A stretch of DNA of 64,000 nucleotides. It comes from Eledone cirrhosa. Taxonomy: Eukaryota. Where the stretch lies: NCBI GenBank assembly GCA_964016885.1, contig OZ024766.1, positions 17,546,001-17,610,000 of the forward strand, written 5' to 3'. Positions 54,260 through 64,000 of this stretch are shown piece after piece. The notes under the pieces are model-generated. The model was not told the origin of the DNA, ran no database searches, and worked only from the letters and a program-made list of their open reading frames with translations. A program made the translations under genes and the position numbers. The number at the start of each line of letters is the position of its first letter. Within the stretch, counting starts at the first letter, position 1.

Positions 54260-54655
54260 ATTTCATTTCATTTCATTTGAGTTTGAGTCCATGCTCAGGC
54301 CAAGTTGAAGACTCCACCCTCAGAGTCTGGTGTGGTTGCCAGGTTGGATTCTCTGTTTAATTTTGACATGTGTAGGAGCGAGTTTGAGTCAGTTTGTGCT
54401 CGTTGTGTATATCCTGGGAGATGGGGTTCATCTCTAATGGTGCTTAAGTGTCTATCCAGCTGCAATTTGAATGATTCCACACTGCATCCTGATAGATTTC
54501 TGACATGTACCGGAATGGAGTTGAATAGTTGTGCCCCTTGAACCAACAGACTTGACTCTCGCAGGGTTTTTGCTGCCTGGACAGCCCTTTTGTTGATTGG
54601 TGGTAGCTGGCAGCGTCTTCCGTGGCGCAGTGAGTGGTAGGTTTTGATACCAAAG
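54260..54655 (-). mobile_element. CR1-group LINE 3' end with (TGAAA)n tail
   Basis: RHGRRCQLPP...GAQLFNSIPVHVRNLSGCSVESFKLQLDRHLSTIRDEP...SNSLL. Confidence 0.82.
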
Positions 54656-54699
54656 TTTATATGGGTATATATTTAGTGAACTTGCTTCATTGAAAGAAA

Positions 54700-55065
54700 T
54701 ATTTCCAAATTATATCAAAGTGACTTGACTTCCCACTGAAATGAATTTGATTCTCATTAATTCACAAGTTTGAGAGAATATTTTATTACTGATATCACTG
54801 TGTTATGAGTTCTCTTCTCTTTATATAAGTTTGTGAGTATTTAGGCTATTTTTCACAGATTTCACAGTGATATAGCGTGTTTCCTATATCCGTACGTTTG
54901 TGCGAAGATAATGAACTGCTTGCTGGGAAAGATTTCCCAAAGGTATCACAGTGATGTGACATGTTTTCTGAATGTATGACGTATGTATACGTTTGTGCTT
55001 AATTAAGCTTCTTGTTGACAAAACTGATTGGCCACAGATATCACTGGAGTGGTTTCTCTCCTTCA
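54700..55065 (-). pseudogene. Decayed C2H2 zinc-finger remnant
   Basis: GEKP..DICGQSVLSTRSLIKHKRIHT and further tcactgtga(t/a)atc motifs. Confidence 0.75.
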
Positions 55066-55082
55066 TATTCATATATATATAC

Positions 55083-55310
55083 TCAGAAGCTCCCGCGTTT
55101 TGCGACGCATGAGGCAATCATGGTGTTCCACCGCGTTCGGTCAACAGCCAGTTGCACAGCGTCCCGCCATTGTCTGTTTGTCGCTCGCAGGTCCCTCTCA
55201 ACTGTCTGGTACCAGTTCATTTTGGGTCGCCATCTCTGTCTGCTTCCCTGTGGGTTCCATTTAAGTACTTGGTTCGCCAGTTGCACAGCGTCCCGCCATT
55301 GTCTGTTTGT
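55083..55310 (-). mobile_element. RTE LINE 3' end (third family)
   Basis: QVLKWNPQGSRQRWRPKMNWYQTVERDL...AVDRTRWNTMIASC. Confidence 0.85.
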
Positions 55311-56130
55311 TTCTGGCGTAGGGCTCCACATTCTTATCCTTTGTGTTCTTCTTCCTTTATATGTGGGGAAGAAGGTGTATTGTGGTGACACTATAGGTGC
55401 CACCGAATATTTCTGAGCCAGCATTTCGTCCTTCATTCGGACCATAATGCTGGCATACAGCTTTCCTCTTTCAATAAAGAGTATGTCATTTTTAATTTCT
55501 TTCAGAACCAGCTCAATTTGACTTTCGGTCAATTGCGCTGGCTTTCTTGTTTCGTTGGTTATGGTTCTGTAGGTTACGGTATTCTTATAAACCTGTTGAT
55601 CGTAAAAGAACCATCCTCCCCAAAAGATACGTATTTTCTAGCCTCTAGCAAATTTTCCTTGGCGTTCGTGATGTCTATGGCTTTGTATTCCGTGGCTCTC
55701 CTGAGTGTTTGGGCAAAAGAAATTTTGTCTTTGTTTGTTGTTGTAATGTTGTTGGTTTCCTTATTTGTGGTGTTATTTTTTTCTTGAAAATTAATTTTTT
55801 CATTTGAATTAAAATTCTTTTTTTTTTTCATTGGAGAGGAGGGGCTGTTCAACAGTTTGAACTGTTGTTTCCTCTTTCTCGCTTGTTTTTTTGGTAGGCA
55901 TGGCGTTCGCTTCCAATATGGCGATATCGTTATCAACGATATCGATAAACATTTTTTGAGTTAATTATTTTTCACCCCAAAAGGGGTGAAAATATAATTA
56001 CCCTACGTCTATAGTCCCAGACTAGGGGTTAGAGTTAATGATACAAAAGAATTCAAAAAAAAATTCACTCACAAATATAGCAGGTAAAATTCCGAATCAC
56101 AGAGCCGATATGAAACACGTCTACTATCCT
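55311..56130 (-). mobile_element. Probable LINE 5' region/ORF1 remnant
   Basis: Basic low-complexity leader, SFAQTL motif, then IELVLKEIKNDILFIERGKLYASIMVRM...FFPTYKGRRTQRIR; A-rich coding strand; internal stop. Confidence 0.5.
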
Positions 56131-56177
56131 CAGACAGACAGACAGACAGACAGACACACAGACAGACACAGAGACAG

Positions 56178-56208
<31 letters not shown>

Positions 56209-56285
56209 TATATTATATCCAGAAAGGCTGAACTATATCATTGAATGCAGCAGCAACATTAGTAGTAGTAGTGGTAGTAGTAGCG

Positions 56286-56317
<32 letters not shown>

Positions 56318-56374
56318 GGTGGTAGTAGTAGCGCATAAGTAAAGTGCTAAGCTAACCTGTTACACCTCTCTGGT

Positions 56375-59170
56375 CTCTGAGGTCAAATCCTGCCGAGGTC
56401 AACTTTGCCTTTCATCCTTTCAAAGTTGATATAAAAAGTACCAGTGTTGTACTGGGGTAGATTCTTCTCTCTATATCTCTTTCTCATTCCTCTCTATCTT
56501 TCAAGGTAGATATAAAAAGTACCAGTGTTGTACTGGGGTAGATTCTTCCTCTATATCTCTTTCTCATTTCCTCTCTATCATTCGAAGTAGATATAAAAAG
56601 TACCAGTGTTGTACTGGGGTAGATTCTTCTCTCTATATCTCTCTCTATCATTCGAGGTAGATATAAAAAGTACCAGTGTTGTACTGGGGTAGATTCTTCT
56701 CTCTATATCTCTTTCTCATTCTCATTCCGTCTCTATCATTCGAGGTAGATATAAAAATACCAGTGTTGTACTGGGGTAGATTCTTCTCTCTATATCTCTT
56801 TCTCATTCCTCTCTATCATTCGAGGTAGATATAAAAAATACCAGTGTTGTACTGGGGTAGATTCTTCTCTCTATATCTCTCTCTTATTTCCTCTCTATCA
56901 TTCAAGGTTAATATAAAAAGTACCAGTGTTGTACTGGGGTAGATTCTTCTCTCTATATCTCTCTCTCTCATTTCCTCTCTATCATTCAAGGTTAATATAA
57001 AAAGTACCAGTGTTGTACTGGGGTAGATTCTTCTCTCTATATCTCTCTCTCATTTCCTCTATATCATTTGAGGTTGATATAAAAATACCAGTGTTGTACT
57101 GGGGGTAGATTCTTCTCTCTATATCTCTTTCTCATTTCCTCTCTATCATTCGAGGTAGATATAAAAAGTACCAGTGTTGTACTGGGGTAGATTCTTCCTC
57201 TATATCTCTTTCTCATTCCCTCTCTATCATTCGAGGTAGATATAAAAAGTACCAGTGTTGTACTGGGGGTAGATTCTTCTCTCCTATATCTCTCTCTTAT
57301 TTCCTCTCTATCATTCGAGGTAGATATAAAAAGTACCAGCGTTGTACTGGGGTAGATTCTTCCTTTATATCTCTTTCTCATTCCGTCTCTATCATTCGAG
57401 GTAGATATAAAAATACCAGTGTTGTACTGGGGTAGATTCTTCTCTCTATATCTCTCTCTCTCATTTCCTCTATATCATTCGAGGTAGATATAAAAATACC
57501 AGTGTTGTACTGGGGTAGATTCTTCTCTCTATATCTCTCTCTCATTTCCTCTCTATCATTCGAGGTAGATATAAAAAGTACCAGTGTTGTACTGGGGTAG
57601 ATTCTTCTCTCTATATCTCTTTCTCATTCCCTCTCTATCATTCGAGGTAGATATAAAAATACCAGTGTTGTACTGGGGGTAGATTCTTCTCTTTATATCT
57701 CTCTCTTATTTCCTCTCTATCATTCGAGGTAGATATAAAGATACCAGTGTTGTACTGCGGGTAGATTCTTCCTCTATATCTCTCTCTCATTTCCTCTATA
57801 TCATTCGAGGTTAATATAAAAGTACCAGTGTTGTACTGGGGTAGATTCTTCTCTCTATATCTCTCTCTCATTCCTCTCTATCATTCAAGGTTGATATAAA
57901 AAGTACCAGTGTTGTACTGGGGTAGATTCTTCTCTCTATATCTCTCTCTCATTTCCTCTATATCATTTGAGGTTAATATAAAAAGTACCAGTGATGTACT
58001 GGGGTAGATTCTTCCTCTATATCTCTCTCTCATTTCCTCTCTATCATTCAAGGTTAATATAAAAAGTACCAGTGTTGTACTGCGGTAGATTCTTCTCTCA
58101 TTTCCTCTCTATCATTTGAGGTTGATATAAAAATACCAGTGTTGTACTGGGGGTAGATTCTTCTCTCTATATCTCTTTCTCATTTCCTCTCTATCATTCG
58201 AGGTAGATATAAAAAGTACCAGTGTTGTACTGGGGGTAGATTCTTCCTCTATATCTCTTTCTCATTCCTCTCTATCATTCAAGGTTGATATAAAAAGTAC
58301 CAGTGTTGTACTGGGGTAGATTCTTCCTTTATATCTCTTTCTCATTCCGTCTCTATCATTCGAGGTAGATATAAAGATACCAGTGTTGTACTGGGGTAGA
58401 TTCTTCTCTCTATATCTCTCTCTCATTTCCTCTCTATCATTCGAGGTAGATATAAAGATACCAGTGTTGTACTGGGGTAGATTCTTCTCTCTATATCTCT
58501 TTCTCATTCCGTCTCTATCATTCGAGGTAGATATAAAGATACCAGTGTTGTACTGGGGTAGATTCTTCTCTCTATATCTCTCTCTTATTTCCTCTATATC
58601 ATTCGAGGTAGATATAAAAAGTACCAGTGTTGTACTGGGGGTAGATTCTTCTCTCTATATCTCTCTCTTATTTCCTCTCTATCATTCAAGGTTAATATAA
58701 AAAGTACCAGTGTTGTACTGGGGTAGATTCTTCTCTCTATATCTCTCTCTTATTTCCTCTCTATCATTCGAGGTAGATATAAAGATACCAGTGTTGTACT
58801 GGGGTAGATTCTTCTCTCTATATCTCTCTCTCATTTCCTCTCTATCATTCAAGGTTAATATAAAAAGTACCAGTGTTGTACTGGGGTAGATTCTTCTCTC
58901 TATATCTCTTTCTCATTTCCTCTCTATCATTCAAGGTTAATATAAAAAGTACCAGTGTTGTACTGGGGTAGATTCTTCTCTCTATATCTCTCTCTCATTT
59001 CCTCTCTATCATTCGAGGTTAATATAAAAAGTACCAGTGATGTACTGGGGTAGATTCTTCTCTCTATATCTCTCTCTCATTTCCTCTCTATCATTCGAGG
59101 TTAATATAAAAAGTACCAGTGATGTACTGGGGTAGATTCTTCCTCTATATCTCTCTCTCATTTCCTCTCT
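56375..59170 (+). repeat. SINE family B-like body followed by ~82-bp tandem array (about 33 copies) of its 3' part plus CT-rich tract
   Basis: gaggtcaaatcctgccgaggtcaactttgcctttcatcc leads into unit ttcgaggtagatataaaaagtaccagtgttgtactggggtagattcttctctc... Confidence 0.93.
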
Positions 59171-59370
59171 CTCACTTTCTATCTCTCTCTGGAAGTAATC
59201 TGCTGTACTCAGGGATGGGCAGGGATGGGCTCCCCTTAGGTTCAGCATTATCTCCCGAAGGTCAGTTTCTCCTCTTACTACACGCGAGGGCCTGGCCCTT
59301 TGGTGTGGTCTTAGCTACTTCACCGCCATTCAGGTCGGCATCACTGCCGCCACCTCACCTCAATCACCGC

Positions 59371-59551
59371 ATCCGTCTTGTGACACCATTCTCTATGTAG
59401 GTACACACAGGTAGTACTGTCACCGCCGCCTACTACGACAGCGTCTCGCCCCTGCCCCGCCGCCTACTACGACAGCGTCCGCGTCCCGCCCTTGCCCCGC
59501 TGCTTGCGCATGATTTTATAGAGGGGGGTCGATAACTTTCTTGTTGTTACA
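59371..59551 (-). other. Possible short LTR plus tRNA-Leu primer-binding site; GC-rich with a 23-bp direct repeat
   Basis: Minus strand TGTAAC...ctataaaa...CCTACA, then tggtgtcacaagacggat (15/18 match to tRNA-Leu PBS TGGTGTCAGAAGTGGGAT). Confidence 0.4.
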
Positions 59552-59712
59552 TCCCGTTCGTTGTGGCTGCTCTGTGGCGTTGTAGCCAGTCTATTGAGCT
59601 ACTTCTGTAGCCCTGTGATCACCAACCCTTTTCATACCACGGAACGGTTTCATGTCAGATAATCTTTCCGTGTTATTCAAGTGTATTTCGATAAAGAGAG
59701 CAATAATAAAAA

Positions 59713-60441
59713 CTTTTGACTCACGACTGTGCTCCAGTTTGGCCCCACACTTTTGTGCTTTCTCTAAAAAGATTGACTTATTAAAGGGAGGTAAAAGTGT
59801 AGTCTTTTGACTCATGACTGCTCCAGTTTGGCCCCACACTTTTGTGCTTTCTCTAAAAAGATTGACTTATTAAAGGGAGGTAAAAGTGTAGTCTTTTGAC
59901 TCATGACTGCTCCAGTTTGGCCCCACACTTTTGTGCTTTCTCTAAAAAGATTGACTTATTAAAGGGAGGTAAAAGTGTAGTCTTTTGACTCGTGACTGCT
60001 CCAGTTTGGCCCCACACTTTTGTGCTTTCTCTAAAAAGATTGACTTATTAAAGGGAGGTAAAAGTGTATAGTCTTTTGACTCATGACTGTGCTCCAGTTT
60101 GGCCCCACACTTTTGTGCTTTCTCTAAAAAGATTGACTTATTAAAGGGAGGTAAAAGTGTATAGTCTTTTGACTCATGACTGTGCTCCAGTTTGGCCCCA
60201 CACTTTTGTGCTTTCTCTAAAAAGATTGACTTATTAAAGGGAGGTAAAAGTGTAGTCTTTTGACTCATGACTGCTCCAGTTTGGCCCCACACTTTTGTGC
60301 TTTCTCTAAAAATATCGATTTATTAAAGGGAGGTAAAAGTGTAGTCTTTTGACTCATGACTGTGCTCCAGTTTGGCCCCACACTTTTGTGCTTTCTCTAA
60401 AAAGATTGATTTATTAAAGGGAGGTAAAAGTCTTTTGACTC
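59713..60441. repeat. 89-93-bp tandem array (about 8 copies) immediately downstream of the NS1-tail ORF
   Basis: Unit ttttgactcatgactg(tg)ctccagtttggccccacacttttgtgctttctctaaaaagattgacttattaaagggaggtaaaagtgtagtc. Confidence 0.95.
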
Positions 60442-60451
60442 ATATCTGAGT

Positions 60452-63400
60452 CTATAAATTTTCATTGAAAAGTTCTGGTGATGGTACGTTTCTGTTGGAA
60501 TTCATTAATCTTGCGTATTTCCTCCATCTGCATTCTCTGGTGTCGTTTTCTTTATCTGAATCGTCGTCTTCTCTGTCGCTGATTTCCTGTCTAAGGGTGT
60601 CCCCGCTTCTATCTGGAGACAGAGTCCGAAGTCTGGTTCGTCTTTGTTCATCGACTTGTTGGAGTCTTTCATACTCTTCTCTGTCGCTGATTTCCAGTCT
60701 AAGGGTGTCCCCGCTTCTATCTGGAGACAGAGTCCGAAGTCTGGTTCGTCTTTGTTCATCGACTTGTTGGAGTCTTTCATACTCATCTCTGTCGCTGATT
60801 TCCAGTCTAAGGGTGTCCCAGCTTCTATCTGGAGACAGAGTCCGAAGTCTCGTTCGTCTTTGTTCATCGACTTGTTGGAGTCTTTCATACTCGTCTCTGT
60901 CGCTGATTTCCAGTCTAAGGGTGTCCCCGCTTCTATCTGGAGACAGAGTCCGAAGTCTGGTTCGTCTTTGTTCATCGACTTGTTGGAGTCTTTCATACTC
61001 ATCTCTGTCGCTGATTTCCAGTCTAAGGGTGTCCCCGCTTCTATCTGGAAACAGAGTCCGAAGTCTGGTTCGTCTTTGTTCATCGACTTGTTGGAGTCTT
61101 TCATACTCATCTCTGTCGCTGATTTCCAGTCTAAGGGTGTCCCCGCTTCTATCTGGAGACAGAGTCCGAAGTCTGGTTCGTCTTTGTTCATCGACTTGTT
61201 GGAGTCCTTCATACTCTTCCCTGTCGCTGATTTCCAGTCTAAGGGTGTCCCCGCTTCTATTTGGAGACAGAGTCCGAAGTCTGGTTCGTCTTTGTTCATC
61301 GACTTGTTGGAGTCCTTCATACTCTTCTCTGTCGCTGATTTCCAGTCTAAGGGTGTCCCCGCTTCTATTTGGAGACAGAGTCCGAAGTCTGGTTCGTCTT
61401 TGTTCATCGACTTGTTGGAGTCCTTCATACTCTTCTCTGTCGCTGATTTCCAGTCTAAGGGTGTCCCCGCTTCTATCTGGAGACAGAGTCCGAAGTCTGG
61501 TTCGTCTTTGTTCATCGACTTGTTGGAGTCCTTCATACTCTTCTCTGTCGCTGATTTCCAGTCTAAGGGTGTCCCCGCTTCTATCTGGAGACAGAGTCCG
61601 AAGTCTGGTTCGTCTTTGTTCATCGACTTGTTGGAGTCCTTCATACTCTTCCCTGTCGCTGATTTCCTGTCTAAGGGTGTCCCCGCTTCTATCTGGAGAC
61701 AGAGTCCGAAGTCTGGTTCGTCTTTGTTCATCGACTTGTTGGAGTCCTTCATACTCTTCTCTGTCGCTGATTTCCAGTCTAAGGGTGTCCCCGCTTCTAT
61801 CTGGAGACAGAGTCCGAAGTCTGGTTCGTCTTTGTTCATCGACTTGTTGGAGTCCTTCATACTCTTCTCTGTCGCTGATTTCCAGTCTAAGGGTGTCCCC
61901 GCTTCTATCTGGAGACAGAGTCCGAAGTCTGGTTCGTCTTTGTTCATCGACTTGTTGGAGTCCTTCATACTCTTCCCTGTCGCTGATTTCCTGTCTAAGG
62001 GTGTCCCCGCTTCTATCTGGAGACAGAGTCCGAAGTCTGGTTCGTCTTTGTTCATCGACTTGTTGGAGTCTTTCATACTCTTCTCTGTCGCTGATTTCCA
62101 GTCTAAGGGTGTCCCCGCTTCTATCTGGAGACAGAGTCCGAAGTCTGGTTCGTCTTTGTTCATCGACTTGTTGGAGTCCTTTATACTCGTCTCTGTCGCT
62201 GATTTCCAGTCTAAGGGTGTCCCCGCTTCTATCTGGAGACAGAGTCCGAAGTCTGGTTCGTCTTTGTTCATCGACTTGTTGGAGTCCTTCATACTCTTCC
62301 CTGTCGCTGATTTCCTGTCTAAGGGTGTCCCCGCTTCTATTTGGAGACAGAGTCTGAAGTCTGGTTCGTCTTTGTTCATCGACTTGTTGGAGTCTTTCAT
62401 ACTCTTCTCTGTCGCTGATTTCCAGTCTAAGGGTGTCCCCGCTTCTATCTGGAGACAGAGTCCGAAGTCTGGTTCGTCTTTGTTCATCGACTTGTTGGAG
62501 TCCTTCATACTCTTCCCTGTCGCTGATTTCCTGTCTAAGGGTGTCCCCGCTTCTATTTGGAGACAGAGTCTGAAGTCTGGTTCGTCTTTGTTCATCGACT
62601 TGTTGGAGTCTTTCATACTCTTCTCTGTCGCTGATTTCCAGTCTAAGGGTGTCCCCGCTTCTATCTGGAGACAGAGTCCGAAGTCTGGTTCGTCTTTGTT
62701 CATCGACTTGTTGGAGTCCTTCATACTCTTCCCTGTCGCTGATTTCCTGTCTAAGGGTGTCCCCGCTTCTATTTGGAGACAGAGTCTGAAGTCTGGTTCG
62801 TCTTTGTTCATCGACTTGTTGGAGTCCTTCATACTCTTCTCTGTCGCTGATTTCCAGTCTAAGGGTGTCCCCGCTTCTATCTGGAGACAGAGTCTGAAGT
62901 CTGGTTCGTCTTTGTTCATCGACTTGTTGGAGTCCTTCATACTCTTCCCTGTCGCTGATTTCCAGTCTAAGGGTGTCCCCGCTTCTATCTGGAGACAGAG
63001 TCTGAAGTCTGGTTCGTCTTTGTTCATCGACTTGTTGGAGTCTTTCATACTCTTCTCTGTCGCTGATTTCCAGTCTAAGGGTGTCCCCGCTTCTATCTGG
63101 AGACAGAGTCTGAAGTCTGGTTCGTCTTTGTTCATCGACTTGTTGGAGTCTTTCATACTCTTCTCTGTCGCTGATTTCCAGTCTAAGGGTGTCCCCGCTT
63201 CTATCTGGAGACAGAGTCTGAAGTCTGGTTCGTCTTTGTTCATCGACTTGTTGGAGTCTTTCATACTCTTCTCTGTCGCTGATTTCCAGTCTAAGGGTGT
63301 CCCCGCTTCTATCTGGAGACAGAGTCTGAAGTCTGGTTCGTCTTTGTTCATCGACTTGTTGGAGTCTTTCATACTCTTCTCTGTCGCTGATTTCCAGTCT

Positions 63401-63607
63401 AAGGGTGTCCCCGCTTCTATCTGGAGACAGAGTCCGAAGTCTGGTTCGTCTTTGTTCATCGACTTGTTGGAGTCTTTCATACTCGTCTCTGTCGCTGATT
63501 TCCAGTCTAAGGGTGTCCCCGCTTCTATCTGGAGACAGAGTCCGAAGTCTGGTTCGTCTTTGTTCATCGACTTGTTGGAGTCCTTCATACTCGTCTAAAA
63601 TGTACAC
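60452..63607 (-). CDS. 1051-aa repeat ORF (28 x 36 aa), in frame with upstream NS1; expression unknown
   Basis: 5 aa + 28 x EYE[R/G]LQQVDEQRRTRL[R/Q]TLSP[D/N]RSGDTLR[L/Q]EISDR[E/D] + 38-aa unique tail. The start codon is GTG, so it is probably the NS1 C-terminal tail rather than an independent gene. Confidence 0.45.
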   Translation of the reverse strand: MYILDEYEGLQQVDEQRRTRLRTLSPDRSGDTLRLEISDRDEYERLQQVDEQRRTRLRTLSPDRSGDTLRLEISDREEYERLQQVDEQRRTRLQTLSPDRSGDTLRLEISDREEYERLQQVDEQRRTRLQTLSPDRSGDTLRLEISDREEYERLQQVDEQRRTRLQTLSPDRSGDTLRLEISDREEYERLQQVDEQRRTRLQTLSPDRSGDTLRLEISDREEYEGLQQVDEQRRTRLQTLSPDRSGDTLRLEISDREEYEGLQQVDEQRRTRLQTLSPNRSGDTLRQEISDREEYEGLQQVDEQRRTRLRTLSPDRSGDTLRLEISDREEYERLQQVDEQRRTRLQTLSPNRSGDTLRQEISDREEYEGLQQVDEQRRTRLRTLSPDRSGDTLRLEISDREEYERLQQVDEQRRTRLQTLSPNRSGDTLRQEISDREEYEGLQQVDEQRRTRLRTLSPDRSGDTLRLEISDRDEYKGLQQVDEQRRTRLRTLSPDRSGDTLRLEISDREEYERLQQVDEQRRTRLRTLSPDRSGDTLRQEISDREEYEGLQQVDEQRRTRLRTLSPDRSGDTLRLEISDREEYEGLQQVDEQRRTRLRTLSPDRSGDTLRLEISDREEYEGLQQVDEQRRTRLRTLSPDRSGDTLRQEISDREEYEGLQQVDEQRRTRLRTLSPDRSGDTLRLEISDREEYEGLQQVDEQRRTRLRTLSPDRSGDTLRLEISDREEYEGLQQVDEQRRTRLRTLSPNRSGDTLRLEISDREEYEGLQQVDEQRRTRLRTLSPNRSGDTLRLEISDREEYEGLQQVDEQRRTRLRTLSPDRSGDTLRLEISDRDEYERLQQVDEQRRTRLRTLFPDRSGDTLRLEISDRDEYERLQQVDEQRRTRLRTLSPDRSGDTLRLEISDRDEYERLQQVDEQRRTRLRTLSPDRSWDTLRLEISDRDEYERLQQVDEQRRTRLRTLSPDRSGDTLRLEISDREEYERLQQVDEQRRTRLRTLSPDRSGDTLRQEISDREDDDSDKENDTRECRWRKYARLMNSNRNVPSPELFNENL
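60569..63592 (-). repeat. 108-bp tandem array, 28 copies, no indels
   Basis: 540-bp line periodicity (60601, 61141, 61681, 62221, 62761, 63301); 1008 aa = 28 x 36. Confidence 0.98.
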
Positions 63608-63610
63608 AAG

Positions 63611-64000
63611 TTAATCATCTGAAAAACTGCTATCTTCATTAATCATTTTGGAGAAGCGATGTTCATAGAAAAGTATATTCCATATGAATGGATTTAGCTT
63701 CTTTTTCACATATTTAAGGAACGGTGATGCTGTATTAAATGTGAATTCGGTGTACCTTGTAATGAAAGCCACCTCCAATAACGGTGCATTTTGATCGAAT
63801 TTGTGATTTGACGTTATAATTAACGGAGTTCTGTGGACAACCTGGTCTTGTTTGAATTTTATTGCGACCTCTCTATCAACACCTTCTGCTAATTTTTTGA
63901 AAGTCTGTAGAGTCTCAAGTGTAAAGTTTGGCTCCTCTATCAAACCTATTTCGACATTGATAAGGTTTTGGAATGGGAAGCTACTTGTTCCCTGAATCGT
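63611..64000 (-). pseudogene. NS1: Endogenous parvovirus/densovirus NS1 (SF3 helicase) C-terminal half; continues beyond the window
   Basis: Open from the edge: TIQGTSSFPFQNLINVEIGLIEEP (Walker B) ... FKKLAEGVDREVAIKFK (motif B') ... RTPLIITSN (motif C) ... AFITR. Confidence 0.88.

Noticed and set aside
59400-59520. Parvoviral terminal hairpin
   Set aside because: Only direct repeats are visible; no extended palindrome was found by eye.
60644-63598. 984-aa plus-strand ORF as a real membrane-like protein
   Set aside because: It is the antisense shadow of the 108-bp array, starts inside the repeat and has no unique flanking coding sequence.

Overview
This is eukaryotic, extremely repeat-rich DNA. 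It is most likely cephalopod/octopod, inferred from dense (AT)n/(AC)n fields, RTE LINEs with (TGA)n tails, tRNA-headed SINEs and decayed C2H2 zinc-finger runs. No intact host gene is evident and most listed ORFs are microsatellite or tandem-repeat artefacts. The window contains fragments of RTE, CR1-like, Gypsy, MULE, Helitron, piggyBac-like and Penelope-like elements, plus about 15 tandem arrays. Most arrays are a locally amplified slice of a mobile element, an element/flank junction or a zinc finger. Highlights: (1) an endogenous parvovirus/densovirus NS1 SF3-helicase at the right edge, whose C-terminal tail lies in the same frame behind a single TAA and is expanded into 28 indel-free 108-bp units (1051-aa ORF, also open in three other frames); (2) type I hammerhead ribozyme motifs in Penelope-like inverted remnants; (3) a satellite built from one degenerate zinc finger. 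All calls were made by eye from motifs and no database searches were run.
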